This document shows positions 17,190-26,981 of a stretch of 43,534 bases of DNA, in pieces. Source of the stretch: Planctomycetota bacterium (lineage in GTDB: Bacteria; Planctomycetota; PUPC01; DSUN01); NCBI GenBank assembly GCA_016872855.1, contig VGYV01000002.1, positions 1-43,534 of the forward strand, in the 5' to 3' direction. Numbering within the stretch: position 1 is the stretch's first letter; every line of letters begins with the position of its first letter. Made by a program: the position numbers and the translations under genes. The notes under the pieces were generated by a model. That model did not search any database, was not told the DNA's origin, and worked only from the letters and a program-made list of their open reading frames with translations.

Positions 17190-17687
17190 CTACAGGTCGT
17201 AGAGGCCGTCGTCGTAGGTCGGCGCTCCGCCGGCCCCGCCGTCGGGACCCTCCTCGCCGAGAGCATCTCCCATCTCCTCCTCGACCTTATCTGGGTCCTC
17301 GCCGGCTTCGAGGCGACGGAGCATCTCGTCCATCTCGGGGGTCAGGCTCTCGCCGCTGGCATCGGACAGGCGCCGCATGACGGAAGCGAGCTGCCGCGGG
17401 TCGTTCTCGTCCACCGACTCCATATCCCGGCTGATCTCTGCCATCGCGCGTTCCATGCGCGCCTCGTCGGCCGGGCTCAGGTCGTCGTCGGCTTCGGGCG
17501 CTGAGGATTCCCGCCCCTTGCTGCTGCCGCTGCCCTTCCGTCCCGTCGCGAACAGGGACAAGCGCTTGCTCATCCTCCGGCCGCCGCACTTCGGGCACGC
17601 CGGCGTGCGCTTCGCTGCCTCGGGAGTCCGCGCCAGAAAGTTGAAGATGCGGTTGCAGTCCTCGCAGAGGAACTCATACATCGGCAC
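17190..17687 (-). CDS. FmdB-family zinc-ribbon protein (CxxC..CxxC) with an acidic tail
   Basis: AGGAGA-N7-GTG 17687. MPMYEFLCEDCNRIFNFLARTPEAAKRTPACPKCGGRRMSKRLS is the canonical FmdB/CxxC_CxxC_SSSS N-terminus. Confidence 0.8.
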   Translation of the reverse strand: MPMYEFLCEDCNRIFNFLARTPEAAKRTPACPKCGGRRMSKRLSLFATGRKGSGSSKGRESSAPEADDDLSPADEARMERAMAEISRDMESVDENDPRQLASVMRRLSDASGESLTPEMDEMLRRLEAGEDPDKVEEEMGDALGEEGPDGGAGGAPTYDDGLYDL

Positions 17688-17704
17688 CGCGAGCTCTCCT
17701 CTTC

Positions 17705-20700
17705 TCAGCGATTCCCACCGGCCGTGGCCTTCGGGTCGGGGTCTCGTGGGCCTGGTTCAGCGGCTGGTTCGGCGGGCCTCAGCTTCAGGGCAGGGTCGCC
17801 GAGGAGGTTGTAGACCTCCAGAGCTCCCGCCGAGGAGCACCTGCCACCGGCATATCGCAACGCGTCCGCGACTGCGTCGCCCAACACGCGGTTGCCCGGC
17901 CTCAGGCTGGCCTGGAGGAACCCTTCCCCAAGCACCTTGCTCTGGCCATTGAGGAGGAGCCCCGACGGCCCCAGGAACGCAACGGCGCCGCCGTCAGGCT
18001 GCAACACCAATGCCTCGCCGAGGCACTCGTAGCCTGGGACATCGAACCGGCCGGCCACGCAACTCAGAGCGGTCACGACGGGCAGGCGGTCGCCGTTGTT
18101 CAGGGCGGCCGCGTCGTTGCGGGTCAGCAGCCCCTCTTGCGCCAGGCGGTCCATGCCGCCGTGGCCCAGGTAGTTCACGAGCAATGCCCCGTCCAGGAAT
18201 CCCTGGCGGAGCTGCCCGCGGACCACGCTCAGCGGGGCGCTCGACAAGTACGCCTTGCTCACCGAGTAGCCTGGGGGAATGCTCCGAGCCAACTCGTCGC
18301 TGTCCCGCGGGAAGTCCCCTCCCCCATCGGCGTTGTCCGCCGCCATCACGACCTGCTTCGTCCAGCTCCCCGAGCTGCGCTCGTAGGCGATGATCTTCTG
18401 GACGAGGGCGTCGAACTCCGCCGCGCCGGTCGCCGGCAGGCGCCCGATGGCCAACTGCGGCGCGAACTGGCGGTCCGCCACGAACAACCCGTAGGCCGTG
18501 CTCTTCAGGAGCGCCGGCACCAGGTTGTCGCCGTAGCCCAGGTAGTTCTTGTAGTCATACGTGCCCCTCCCGGCCAGCACGACGTACTTCGGCCCCCTTC
18601 GCCAGCTTCCGCAGGCATGTGCGAGGAACGCCTGGATCGCGTGCGGGTCAGCGATGCCGTGGTTGAACTCGTCGTAGATGTCTTCGAGCATCACCACCAT
18701 CGCGGCGAGGCCCTGGCCCGCCCGATAGGCGGCCAGGGCCTGGGCGGCCTCCTTCAGCTCCGCGGGCGCGATCAGCACATAGCCTGCGCGCTTGCCTCGG
18801 TCCATAAGCTCCGATGGCTCGTCCGTAAGCAACGACACGGGCCGCTTCGCCGCCTGAGGCGTCACGGCCAGGCAGGTGCTGTCAGGTCCTGGCGACGCGA
18901 AGCTCACCCGGTAGCCGCCCGCCGCCTCCTCGACGGTCGCCCCGATCACGTGCCTCGGCTTCCTGGGCGTGGACACGTCGAGGACGATGACCTGCGGTTG
19001 GGTGAATCCGCCGATGGTCACTACGCCGTGCCCCGCCATCGGACACAGCAACGCGTCCCCCCGGGCCTCGTAGAGCCGCTCGTAGGCCAGATCGAACGAA
19101 TCCACGTAGAAGATGCTGTAGGGGGCCCCCGTGTCGAGGATGCCCTCCACGGTCACCGTGTTTGCGCCGGGCACGAGGAGCGCCCCCGACACGGGCAACG
19201 TCAGCGACTGGGCGCCGAGGCCGTCCCACCAGGTCTCGCCAACGGCAGCGCCGTTCAGGAAGACCCGAGCGTGGTGGTCTGGCTGGGCCTTCGTGCTCGT
19301 CGCCCCCTTGAGGTGGACGGTCAAGGCGGCGCTGCCCGTCAAGGCCGCGCCGTCGGCTCGCACCGTGAAGGACTTGCGGTCTGCGCCCCGTTGGCCGCTG
19401 ACAACATAGTCCCAGAGCCAGAAGTCCCCCTCCGGGTCGCGGAAGAGGCCAGTGGCTGGGTACCGGTCTTCCTCGGCATGGACAGCTTCGGTGAATGTCT
19501 GCGCCGCAGCGGCCGGCTGGACGCCGCTCTCCCCGGTCTCGGCCATCAGGTCACCCAGGCCGAACCGCAGCCAGTACACGTTCTCGTCGGTGTAGATACT
19601 GTCAATCGCCTGGCCATAGAAGTAGAGGCCGACACCCCCCTCCGCTGGGAGATAGGCCACGGGCTCGCCGCGACAGGCGAGGGAGAAGTGGCCCAGCTCG
19701 ATCAGCCGCGCGACGGACCGCGCGGAGCCCGCGAACAGCGGCGCGAGGTCCTCTGCGGCCAGGTAGTATAGCCCATTCTCCTTCACCCCGATCTTCACCG
19801 CTTGCCCCGCGGCCCTCGCGCGGGCACGGACGGGCGTCTTGCCTGCTGCTGCGCGCCTTGCCGGGATCGCGCCCACCACGCCCGGTGCGGAGCGCGTGCG
19901 AGGCGCCTTGCTGTACGCCGGCCCGCTCGGCTCCTGCCTCGGGCCCGCAACTTCCCATCTGCCGGCTGCCAGGTTGGCCACCGTCACCTGGCATGAGCCA
20001 CAGGCGCGTTTCGCCCCGCCAGCTTCCACTTCCAGGACATCGTATGTATAGGTCTGGCCCTCCTGCACGTCGGGATCCACCACGCGGTACGTGCCCCCCT
20101 GCGGGCGGTGAAGCAATCCGGGCAGCAGACCCTCGCCGACGAGCTTGGCCTCGCCTCCGGCTCCCTCTCGGCGCGTGACGTAGAAGCCAGCAGTCCCAAC
20201 CTCCGACGCCGTATCCCACTCGACGACCACCTGCCCATCCTCCACGCGAGCCCCCTTGAGCTGAACCTGCGCGGCCGTGGGCGCGGGCCCGTTGAGCTCG
20301 ATCTCTATCTCTGTCCCTGACTCGTAGCCATCGAAGTCTGCGATCTGGATCCCGATGTTGCTGATCTCCTGACGGTCCCTGTTGTTGATCGCGTACCGGC
20401 TCCAGTTGGCCAGTCCCTTCCCGCCGCCGGTGTGGGGCACTTTGTTGTCGGAGATGTTATTGGCACGGGCGTTGTTGAGGTCCAGTCGCAGCGTCACTTG
20501 CTGGCCGAGCGAGATGGTGGTCCAGTCGCTGTCCCAGTACGTGTCGTTCGTCGAGTCACTCGATGGGTAGCCGCTCGGCCCCGTCAACCCCGTGTTGAGA
20601 AAGAGGCACACGTTGATATGCTCCGCCGGCCCGCTACGGTAGTAGACCACCATCTCGTAACAGCCGTAGGCGGGAAGGCTGGTCGCGTGGTCCAGCCCGT

Positions 20701-23212
20701 AGTCCCATGCGAAGCCTGCATCGCTGCTGGTCGGCCATGGGTCGCCCACCACGATCTTGCCGTTCTCGGCTCCTTCGAGCCTGATCCGGTAAACAACGCC
20801 CCCAGCCGCCAGCGCAGTTCGCTCAAGGAGGGTGCTGGAGCTGCCGCTCCAGCCATCAAGCTTCACGAAAGCGTCAGGATCGTTGGCTTCGTTGAGGAGC
20901 TCAACATCCGGGATGCGGTACGCGTAGTTGGGAAGCACGGTGATCGTCACCGTCCGAGTGGCACTGACATCCTTGCCGTCGCGCGCATAGTACGTGAACG
21001 AGTCGGTGGATTGGAAGCCGAAGGGCGGTGTGTAGTTCAACGAGCCGTCGCCGTTGAGTACTAGCGTGCCGTAGCTCACGTTGCTGACCAGCGTCGCGGT
21101 GAGCGTATCGTAGTCGTTGTCGGTGTCGTTCGCCAACACGCCCTCGACCGCAGAGATGCTCAGAGAGCCGTTCACTCCGACGTTGTAGGCGTCCTTCCGC
21201 GCTGCCGGCGCGACGTTGCCGGCGTGGACGTTGAGGTTTACTGTGACGGTATCGCTGTCCAATCGGCCGTCGTTCGCCTTGTAGGTGAAAAAGGACTGGC
21301 CTGGGTTGTTTGGCGTGTACGTGAACGAGCCGTTCGAGTTGAACGTCAGCGTGCCCTTGTCCGGCCCGCTGACCAGGATCGCAGTGAGCGGGTCGCCGTC
21401 CGCGTCGGTGTCGTTCGCCAACACCCCTGGGGCATACACGGTCAGAACGCCGCCCTTGGCCACGTAGTAGGTATCGCCCTGCGCCACGGGTGCCACGTTC
21501 AGCGGATTCAGCACGGTGACGGTCACGGTCGCAACATTGCTGTCCACCGTGCCGTTGTTGGCGGTGTAGGTGAAGGTGTCGGTGCCGTGGAAGCCGGGGT
21601 TCGGCGTGTACGTCACGGTCTTGTTGTCAACACTGAGGGTGGCCGTGCCGTTGGATGGTTGAGTGAGGTTGGTGATAATCAGGGGCTTGTTGTTGGGGTC
21701 CGTGTCATTTGCGAGGACATCTATGATGACCGACGTATCCTGGTTGGTGGTGGCCGTGTCGTTGAGGGCGGTCGGCCGCGGCTGCCCACCGGCCGCCAGA
21801 GTCGCCGCGTAGGCATCCACGATGCCGTAGCCGTAGTACTGATCCCTTCCCGTTGCTCCCTTGTCTTCGGCTGTGGACTGGAGGATCGAGCGGACTTGGC
21901 TTGGGCTGTTGATACCGAGGGAAATGACGAGGGCCGCCACGCCCGCCACGTGTGGGGTCGCCATCGAGGTGCCGTCGAAGAACCAGTAACTGAAGACCGT
22001 CGGGTCAGGAGGAGAATTGGGGCGGTCAGCGCCAGGGGGCTTGAACGTGTTCTGGAGGACGCCGTCGGCATAGCTATCGCCATTCTGGTCGACGTCCACG
22101 TCGCCGCCGGGGGCCACAATGTCGAGCGAAGCCCCATAGTTCGAGTAGGATGCGCGTGTCTCGTCGTAGCGGGTCGCACCTACGGCGATACAGTAATCGT
22201 CGTACGCGGCGGGATACGCGACGGCGGGCTGGCCGTCATTGCCCGATGCGCACACAATTGTGACGCCCTTGGTGTAGGCGTACGCTACCGCGTCCCGGAC
22301 AGTCTGCCCTGGGTCATAGGGGACTCCGTTCGTCACCGGCCAGCCGAGGCTCACGTTGATGACCTTGGCTCCCTGGTCTGCCGCGAAGTGGAGCCCATCG
22401 GCCAGCCACTGGGCAGTGCCGGAGCCGCTCGCGTTGAGCACCCTCACCGGCATGATCGAGCATTTGAAGGCCACGCCGGCCACCCCCAGGCTGTTGTTCG
22501 TGCTCTGCGCGATTGTGCCTGTCACATGCGTGCCGTGGCTGTTCTCATCATTCGGATGGGAATCGTTGGCGACGAAGTCGTAGCCCGCCACGAACGTCGT
22601 CTGGGCCAGGTCGGGCGCTTTCACGAAGGTCTTCCCGCTGACTGGGTCGTTGTAGTTCTCGTAGGCCACGCCCGAGTCGAGGACCGCGACGATCACGCCG
22701 GCGCCGTCCGCCATGTCCCAGGCGGGCTGGACGTTGATCCCGCCACCATTGGGCCCGTGCCACGAGTAATGCGGGCTGGTCTCATCATGGGGCAATGGAA
22801 CGTCCAAGTGCCACTGGTACCCATAGTAAGGATCGTTGGGCTGCATGAAGGCGTGGCAGATGCTGTTCGGCTCCGCATATTGGACGGTCGGCTCCTTGCT
22901 GAGTGCCGCGACCATCTCCTCGACGGTCTTGCCTGCCGGAATCCGCACCCGCTTGAACCCGCCGAACTTGCTGGTGTAGATCTCCGTCGTGCCATGCCGG
23001 CGATGGACCGCCTCGATAGCCGCCTTCTCCGCCCCGCGCCTGAACTTCACGATCACCTCGCCTGGCACGAACTTCGGGCCCTCCGGCCCGACCCACTTGC
23101 GGACCCCGAAACGCTCCGCGCCGTAGCCGTTGCTCGCGAAGGACAGTGCGCTCAATGCGGTGACGAGGAGGTAGAAGGTCCAGCGCGGGATTGCGGCGCC
23201 CACCTTGGCCAT
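17705..23212 (-). CDS. Giant secreted dual peptidase: N-terminal subtilisin-like S8 domain, cadherin/Ig-like repeats, beta-sandwich region, C-terminal gingipain-type C25 cysteine peptidase domain
   Basis: Signal MAKVGAAIPRWTFYLLVTALSALSFASNGYGAE (ATG 23212). S8 triad contexts VIVAVLDSGV / HGTHVTGTIA / GTSMATPHVAG. Repeats ...VLANDTDPNNKPL..., ...VLANDTDADGDPL..., ...VLANDTDNDYDTL.... C25-like ...MLEDIYDEFNHGIADPHAIQAFL...VVLAGRGTYDYKNY...VNYLGHGG...PVVTALSCVAGRFD (His/Cys dyad). Confidence 0.85.
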   Translation of the reverse strand: MAKVGAAIPRWTFYLLVTALSALSFASNGYGAERFGVRKWVGPEGPKFVPGEVIVKFRRGAEKAAIEAVHRRHGTTEIYTSKFGGFKRVRIPAGKTVEEMVAALSKEPTVQYAEPNSICHAFMQPNDPYYGYQWHLDVPLPHDETSPHYSWHGPNGGGINVQPAWDMADGAGVIVAVLDSGVAYENYNDPVSGKTFVKAPDLAQTTFVAGYDFVANDSHPNDENSHGTHVTGTIAQSTNNSLGVAGVAFKCSIMPVRVLNASGSGTAQWLADGLHFAADQGAKVINVSLGWPVTNGVPYDPGQTVRDAVAYAYTKGVTIVCASGNDGQPAVAYPAAYDDYCIAVGATRYDETRASYSNYGASLDIVAPGGDVDVDQNGDSYADGVLQNTFKPPGADRPNSPPDPTVFSYWFFDGTSMATPHVAGVAALVISLGINSPSQVRSILQSTAEDKGATGRDQYYGYGIVDAYAATLAAGGQPRPTALNDTATTNQDTSVIIDVLANDTDPNNKPLIITNLTQPSNGTATLSVDNKTVTYTPNPGFHGTDTFTYTANNGTVDSNVATVTVTVLNPLNVAPVAQGDTYYVAKGGVLTVYAPGVLANDTDADGDPLTAILVSGPDKGTLTFNSNGSFTYTPNNPGQSFFTYKANDGRLDSDTVTVNLNVHAGNVAPAARKDAYNVGVNGSLSISAVEGVLANDTDNDYDTLTATLVSNVSYGTLVLNGDGSLNYTPPFGFQSTDSFTYYARDGKDVSATRTVTITVLPNYAYRIPDVELLNEANDPDAFVKLDGWSGSSSTLLERTALAAGGVVYRIRLEGAENGKIVVGDPWPTSSDAGFAWDYGLDHATSLPAYGCYEMVVYYRSGPAEHINVCLFLNTGLTGPSGYPSSDSTNDTYWDSDWTTISLGQQVTLRLDLNNARANNISDNKVPHTGGGKGLANWSRYAINNRDRQEISNIGIQIADFDGYESGTEIEIELNGPAPTAAQVQLKGARVEDGQVVVEWDTASEVGTAGFYVTRREGAGGEAKLVGEGLLPGLLHRPQGGTYRVVDPDVQEGQTYTYDVLEVEAGGAKRACGSCQVTVANLAAGRWEVAGPRQEPSGPAYSKAPRTRSAPGVVGAIPARRAAAGKTPVRARARAAGQAVKIGVKENGLYYLAAEDLAPLFAGSARSVARLIELGHFSLACRGEPVAYLPAEGGVGLYFYGQAIDSIYTDENVYWLRFGLGDLMAETGESGVQPAAAAQTFTEAVHAEEDRYPATGLFRDPEGDFWLWDYVVSGQRGADRKSFTVRADGAALTGSAALTVHLKGATSTKAQPDHHARVFLNGAAVGETWWDGLGAQSLTLPVSGALLVPGANTVTVEGILDTGAPYSIFYVDSFDLAYERLYEARGDALLCPMAGHGVVTIGGFTQPQVIVLDVSTPRKPRHVIGATVEEAAGGYRVSFASPGPDSTCLAVTPQAAKRPVSLLTDEPSELMDRGKRAGYVLIAPAELKEAAQALAAYRAGQGLAAMVVMLEDIYDEFNHGIADPHAIQAFLAHACGSWRRGPKYVVLAGRGTYDYKNYLGYGDNLVPALLKSTAYGLFVADRQFAPQLAIGRLPATGAAEFDALVQKIIAYERSSGSWTKQVVMAADNADGGGDFPRDSDELARSIPPGYSVSKAYLSSAPLSVVRGQLRQGFLDGALLVNYLGHGGMDRLAQEGLLTRNDAAALNNGDRLPVVTALSCVAGRFDVPGYECLGEALVLQPDGGAVAFLGPSGLLLNGQSKVLGEGFLQASLRPGNRVLGDAVADALRYAGGRCSSAGALEVYNLLGDPALKLRPAEPAAEPGPRDPDPKATAGGNR

Positions 23213-23589
23213 CCTGTCAACGCCAGTGAGTGTACGCACGGTCGTCTCTCCTCAAAGCTGTCCAGCAACCACTTGGCCAGCCGGGCATGGGGAGCTCGAC
23301 GCAAACCTGAACGCCATGGCGGATCGTCCGCGCTTGCACGCGCCGCTCAAGCAGGTTCGCCAGGCTTCATGCCCCGCCAGCCCTGCCCAGCCCAGCCCAC
23401 AATAGTACGCATGACCTTTGAGCCTACTCGCGCCTCGCGCGGCTCTGTCGGCCGGTCTGCCCATTCCCTTCGCAGATTCTACCACCCGTTGGCTCAGAAG
23501 CGCAAGTCTTCTCCGGCTCAGACCATAGCAGATAGCGGGAGGGCACGGCGGGGGCGAATTGCGCAGGGGGTCGGTGCGAGGACCGGCGG

Positions 23590-26154
23590 CTATTTCTCGG
23601 GTGGCGCCTCGGGCAGGACGCTCAGGTCCTCCAGCAGCTTCCTGGCGCTGGCCAGCTCGGGCCGGAGGCGAAGGCATATCCTCGCCTGGTGCATCGCTTC
23701 AGTGACCCGCCCCACCTCGGCCAGGAGCCGGGCGAGTTCCAGGCGCCAACCGACCTGGCCATAGTCGAGTGCCAGGGCTCGGAGGTAGCACTCGATGGCG
23801 GCGGGGGTGTTCTTCTCCTGGCGCCAGATTGCCGCCAGGGACGCCAGCGTGGAGGCCGAGGCGTCGCCCTTCTCGCACTGTGCCTTGAGCGCCTGCACGG
23901 CGGCGACACGGGCCGCCGCCGCCAGCTCGCGGGCCTTCGCGGCCAGCTCCTGATGCTCGGGGCTCTTGTGGAGAGCCTCCGCCACGTGGAGCAGACGCCC
24001 CGAGTCCTCGCCCGCAAGGGCGACGGCGAGGTCGGGCCGTCCCACCTGCCGCAGGTAGACGTCCGCCATCTCCTGGAAGGACACGCCCCCCGCTTCGAGG
24101 CACCGCCGGAACTTGGCGAGCGAGGCGTCGAGGTCCCCCTCCAGCGCGTCCATGAGGCCGGCGAGGTAGCAGGCCGTCGCATCCGAGGGGGCGAGCATGT
24201 AGCCCTTGCGGATGCGGTCGGCTCCTGAGGGGTCGCCCAGGACGAACTTCTCGATCTGGCCGACGACGCTGTAGGCCGCGCCAAAGGTCGGGCAGACCGA
24301 GCGCGCGGCGTGGAGCTCGGCCGCGATCCGCCGCGCGAACTCGATCGTGCGGGGGGTCACTACGGTCTGGCCCGTCTTGGGGTCGGTGACGCGGCTGATG
24401 GAGCGCCAGCGGTAGACGTTGAGCCAGTGCCGGTATTCGACGTTGCCGGGGTCGGCCTCGGCGGCAGCGGCGGCGTGTGAGATGAGGGCCGCGTAGTCCT
24501 CGTTGGAGCCTTGCCAGTTTTCCTTGAGCAGTGGGGCCTCGAGGCGGAGGGCCCGCTGCCAATGGGCCTCGGCCCGCCGCGCGGAGTCTGCCCCGGCAAG
24601 GGACCATGCCCAGATGCCGGCGACGGCCAGCAGGGGCACGGCGCGCAGGAGGGCAGGAAAGGGGACATTCACCTTTTCGCCCCCTTGGGGCGCCGAAGGC
24701 TGCTGCGCAGAGAAGGAGAATGTCCCCTTTTCTGCCCGCTCGGGGTGGCCCACGCGGGCGAGGCCGAGGAGCAGGGCGCACGTGACCGCGCTGAGGAGGT
24801 GGTTGGCCGGGAGGTGCTGGCCGAAGTCGCTGAAGCTGTGCACCAGGATCGCGAGGAAGCCGAAGCCGAGGCCGAAGGCTGCCGAGCGGATGGGGAACCG
24901 CTGGCGCCGCACGTTGTGGGCGTAGGCCCGCCAGACGATGGCCACGAAGGCCAGGAGCAGCCCGAGGCCGATCACCCCCATCTCCTCGGCGGCCTGGGCG
25001 TACTCGTTCTCCGCGTGGGAGGCGAGGTCCGGGCTCATGGAGCGGTCGAACATCGGGTAGACGACCTGGTGGGTGCCGAGCCCCGTCCCGACGAGGGGGA
25101 ATCGGGTGAAGGAGGAGGCCAGGTTCTCGACGATCTGCCAGCGGCCGCCGTAGCCGTGGAGGTGGCGAAGGGTGGCCAGGCGTTCGTAGACCGCGTCGAA
25201 GCCGATGTAGAGCACGGCGATGAAGGCGCCGAGGGCGAGCAGGAAGAGGACCCAGCCGCGCCCCCGCAACGCCCCCCGGGAGGCGATGACCAGTCCCGTG
25301 AAGCCGCCCGCGACGAGGAGGGAGACCATGCCGCCACGCGTGAGCGACAGGAAGACGGTGGCGGCGCCGACGACGATCATCGCGGCAAGATACCAGACGA
25401 CTCGCAGCTCCGGGCTGCCCAGGCGCTCGATGACATCGGGGAGCCTGACCGGGCCGTGGCGGAAGCTCTCGTGGAGCTTGACGAGCAGGAGGCCGAGCGC
25501 CGCGCCGATCGAGAGGTTCATGAACTGCCCATAGTGGCTGTGGCAGATGAAGGGGCCGGAGGCCGCGACGTTGCCCGGCGTGGGGATGGTCCAGTAGATC
25601 TTCCCGTTGCCGAACATGTCCTGTGCCAATGCCAGGAGGGCGATGGCTCCGCCGGTGGCCGCGACCGCGCCCAGGAGACGCTTGATCTGGTCGGGCCGCC
25701 GATAGACATTCAGGACGACGACGAAGACGACGGCCGCCCCGAGGAGCAGCCGCAGGTCGTGCCGGGTCGCATGGGGGTAGAAGCTGAGGGCCATCGTGCC
25801 CGGTTCGCCGCCGAGGAGGTCGGTCTTCGTGGCGGCGGTGTTCGGCGAGAGGGCGCGGACGAGGCCCGTCGGCAGAGGGACGAGCTGAAGGAGGGCCAGG
25901 AGGAGAACCAGGGCGACAGGCACGTAGGCCCAGGTCCAGACGATGCTCGCGTCCCGGTGCACGAGGAGCTTGAGGGCGAAGCAGAGGGCGATGGCGCCCG
26001 TGGCCGCGACGTAGGCGAACTCGCTCCACGCCTGCACGCCACCGAGCGCGAGCGGCAGGAAGATGAGGAGGGCGAAGAGGAGGCACTCAATCGCCGCGTC
26101 GAAGCGGCTGTCCGCCGGTTCGGTCTCGTGAATCGAAACCAGTTCGTCGCTCAT
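23590..26154 (-). CDS. O-antigen ligase / Wzy_C-like polytopic membrane protein with a C-terminal TPR domain
   Basis: ATG 26154 overlaps the stop of the upstream phosphatase gene (ATGA). About 10-12 TM helices. ...FLSLTRGGMVSLLVAGGF... and ...SHAENEYAQAAEEMGVIGLGLLLAFV... are typical O-antigen-ligase motifs. The C-terminal ~330 aa are TPR-like. The upstream ORF extension to 26451 is Arg/Pro-rich and overlaps the phosphatase gene. Confidence 0.8.
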   Translation of the reverse strand: MSDELVSIHETEPADSRFDAAIECLLFALLIFLPLALGGVQAWSEFAYVAATGAIALCFALKLLVHRDASIVWTWAYVPVALVLLLALLQLVPLPTGLVRALSPNTAATKTDLLGGEPGTMALSFYPHATRHDLRLLLGAAVVFVVVLNVYRRPDQIKRLLGAVAATGGAIALLALAQDMFGNGKIYWTIPTPGNVAASGPFICHSHYGQFMNLSIGAALGLLLVKLHESFRHGPVRLPDVIERLGSPELRVVWYLAAMIVVGAATVFLSLTRGGMVSLLVAGGFTGLVIASRGALRGRGWVLFLLALGAFIAVLYIGFDAVYERLATLRHLHGYGGRWQIVENLASSFTRFPLVGTGLGTHQVVYPMFDRSMSPDLASHAENEYAQAAEEMGVIGLGLLLAFVAIVWRAYAHNVRRQRFPIRSAAFGLGFGFLAILVHSFSDFGQHLPANHLLSAVTCALLLGLARVGHPERAEKGTFSFSAQQPSAPQGGEKVNVPFPALLRAVPLLAVAGIWAWSLAGADSARRAEAHWQRALRLEAPLLKENWQGSNEDYAALISHAAAAAEADPGNVEYRHWLNVYRWRSISRVTDPKTGQTVVTPRTIEFARRIAAELHAARSVCPTFGAAYSVVGQIEKFVLGDPSGADRIRKGYMLAPSDATACYLAGLMDALEGDLDASLAKFRRCLEAGGVSFQEMADVYLRQVGRPDLAVALAGEDSGRLLHVAEALHKSPEHQELAAKARELAAAARVAAVQALKAQCEKGDASASTLASLAAIWRQEKNTPAAIECYLRALALDYGQVGWRLELARLLAEVGRVTEAMHQARICLRLRPELASARKLLEDLSVLPEAPPEK
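24651..24737. repeat. 87-nt palindromic repeat element (GGGGACATTC family) lying in frame inside the O-antigen-ligase-like CDS
   Basis: GGGCAGGAAAGGGGACATTC (24651-24670) is the reverse complement of GAATGTCCCCTTTTCTGCCC (24718-24737) at 19/20 positions. Translated on the minus strand it gives ...AEKGTFSFSAQQPSAPQGGEKVNVPFPA.... Related to the elements at 34942-35102 and 41407-41439. Confidence 0.75.
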
Positions 26155-26981
26155 CGCGGATTCCTGTGGCGGAACACGTGCCGAGCTGCACGGACTGGTT
26201 CCCCGTCCAGGAGGAGCGCCGGGTTCAGGACGCAGACGCGGCGGGCCGCGGGTTCCCCAAGTCGGCGGGCGATGGCCTCGGTTGCCTGGGTCATGCAGGG
26301 CCGCCGGGCCGCCGCGTCGTGGGCATCGCTGGCAACGAGCGCAGCCGCACCCGTGGCGAGCCAATGCCACGCCACCTGCTCCGCCAGGGGGCCGAAGTGG
26401 CCCAGCAGACTGGCGGCAGTCACCTGGAGAAGCGCGCCCCCCTCCAGCCACGGACTCATGGCCTCAGGCCTGCGGGCGAGGAAGACGTTCCGCTCCGGAT
26501 GCGAGAGGACCGGCGTGACGCCACGGGCCACGATCTCCGCCAGGAGGGGCTGGATGTTGATGAACGTGTCGTGGGGCAGCTCCAGGAGCAGGTATCTCCC
26601 GGAATCGGCCAGGGTCACGAGGCGCCCGGCGTCGAGCAGGGCGGGAATCCGCTCGTCCACGCGGACGTCGGCGCCGGCCTCGACCACGAGGGGGATTCCG
26701 CGCGCGCTGAGAGCGGCACTCAGCTCCACGACGGCGTGGCGGATGTCGTCGGCCGTCAAAGTGCTGTCGAAACGGCCCAGTTGGTGGGGTGTGGCAATCA
26801 CCGTGGTCACGCCATCGGCGACGAGCGCGTTGCACAGCTCGATGGCCTCGCCGACTGTCGCCGGGCCGTCGTCCACGCCGGGCAGGCAGTGGCAGTGCAT
26901 GTCCACGCACTCCGTGGCCGCGAAGCGTTCGAGGCGGCTGCGCTGCGCTGGCGAATGGGCATCGAGCAAGAGGCGTGTCAT
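26151..26981 (-). CDS. PHP-domain (CpsB/YwqE-type) protein-tyrosine phosphatase
   Basis: VDMHCHCLPGVDDGP...VIATPH...LSHPERN...VASDAHD are the metal-binding motifs of CpsB-type phosphatases. ATGA overlaps with both the upstream (26978-26981) and downstream (26151-26154) genes. Confidence 0.85.
   Translation of the reverse strand: MTRLLLDAHSPAQRSRLERFAATECVDMHCHCLPGVDDGPATVGEAIELCNALVADGVTTVIATPHQLGRFDSTLTADDIRHAVVELSAALSARGIPLVVEAGADVRVDERIPALLDAGRLVTLADSGRYLLLELPHDTFINIQPLLAEIVARGVTPVLSHPERNVFLARRPEAMSPWLEGGALLQVTAASLLGHFGPLAEQVAWHWLATGAAALVASDAHDAAARRPCMTQATEAIARRLGEPAARRVCVLNPALLLDGEPVRAARHVFRHRNPR

Noticed and set aside
18137-23764. Long plus-strand ORFs 18137..19771 and 21224..23764 opposite the S8-C25 gene
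   Set aside because: Shadow ORFs of a gene with unmistakable S8 and C25 catalytic motifs on the other strand.
23699-26086. 795-aa same-strand alternative-frame ORF within the O-antigen-ligase-like gene, and the 24511..27168 antisense ORF
   Set aside because: Extremely Arg/Pro/Gly-rich. The chosen frame encodes regular TM helices, ligase motifs and TPRs.
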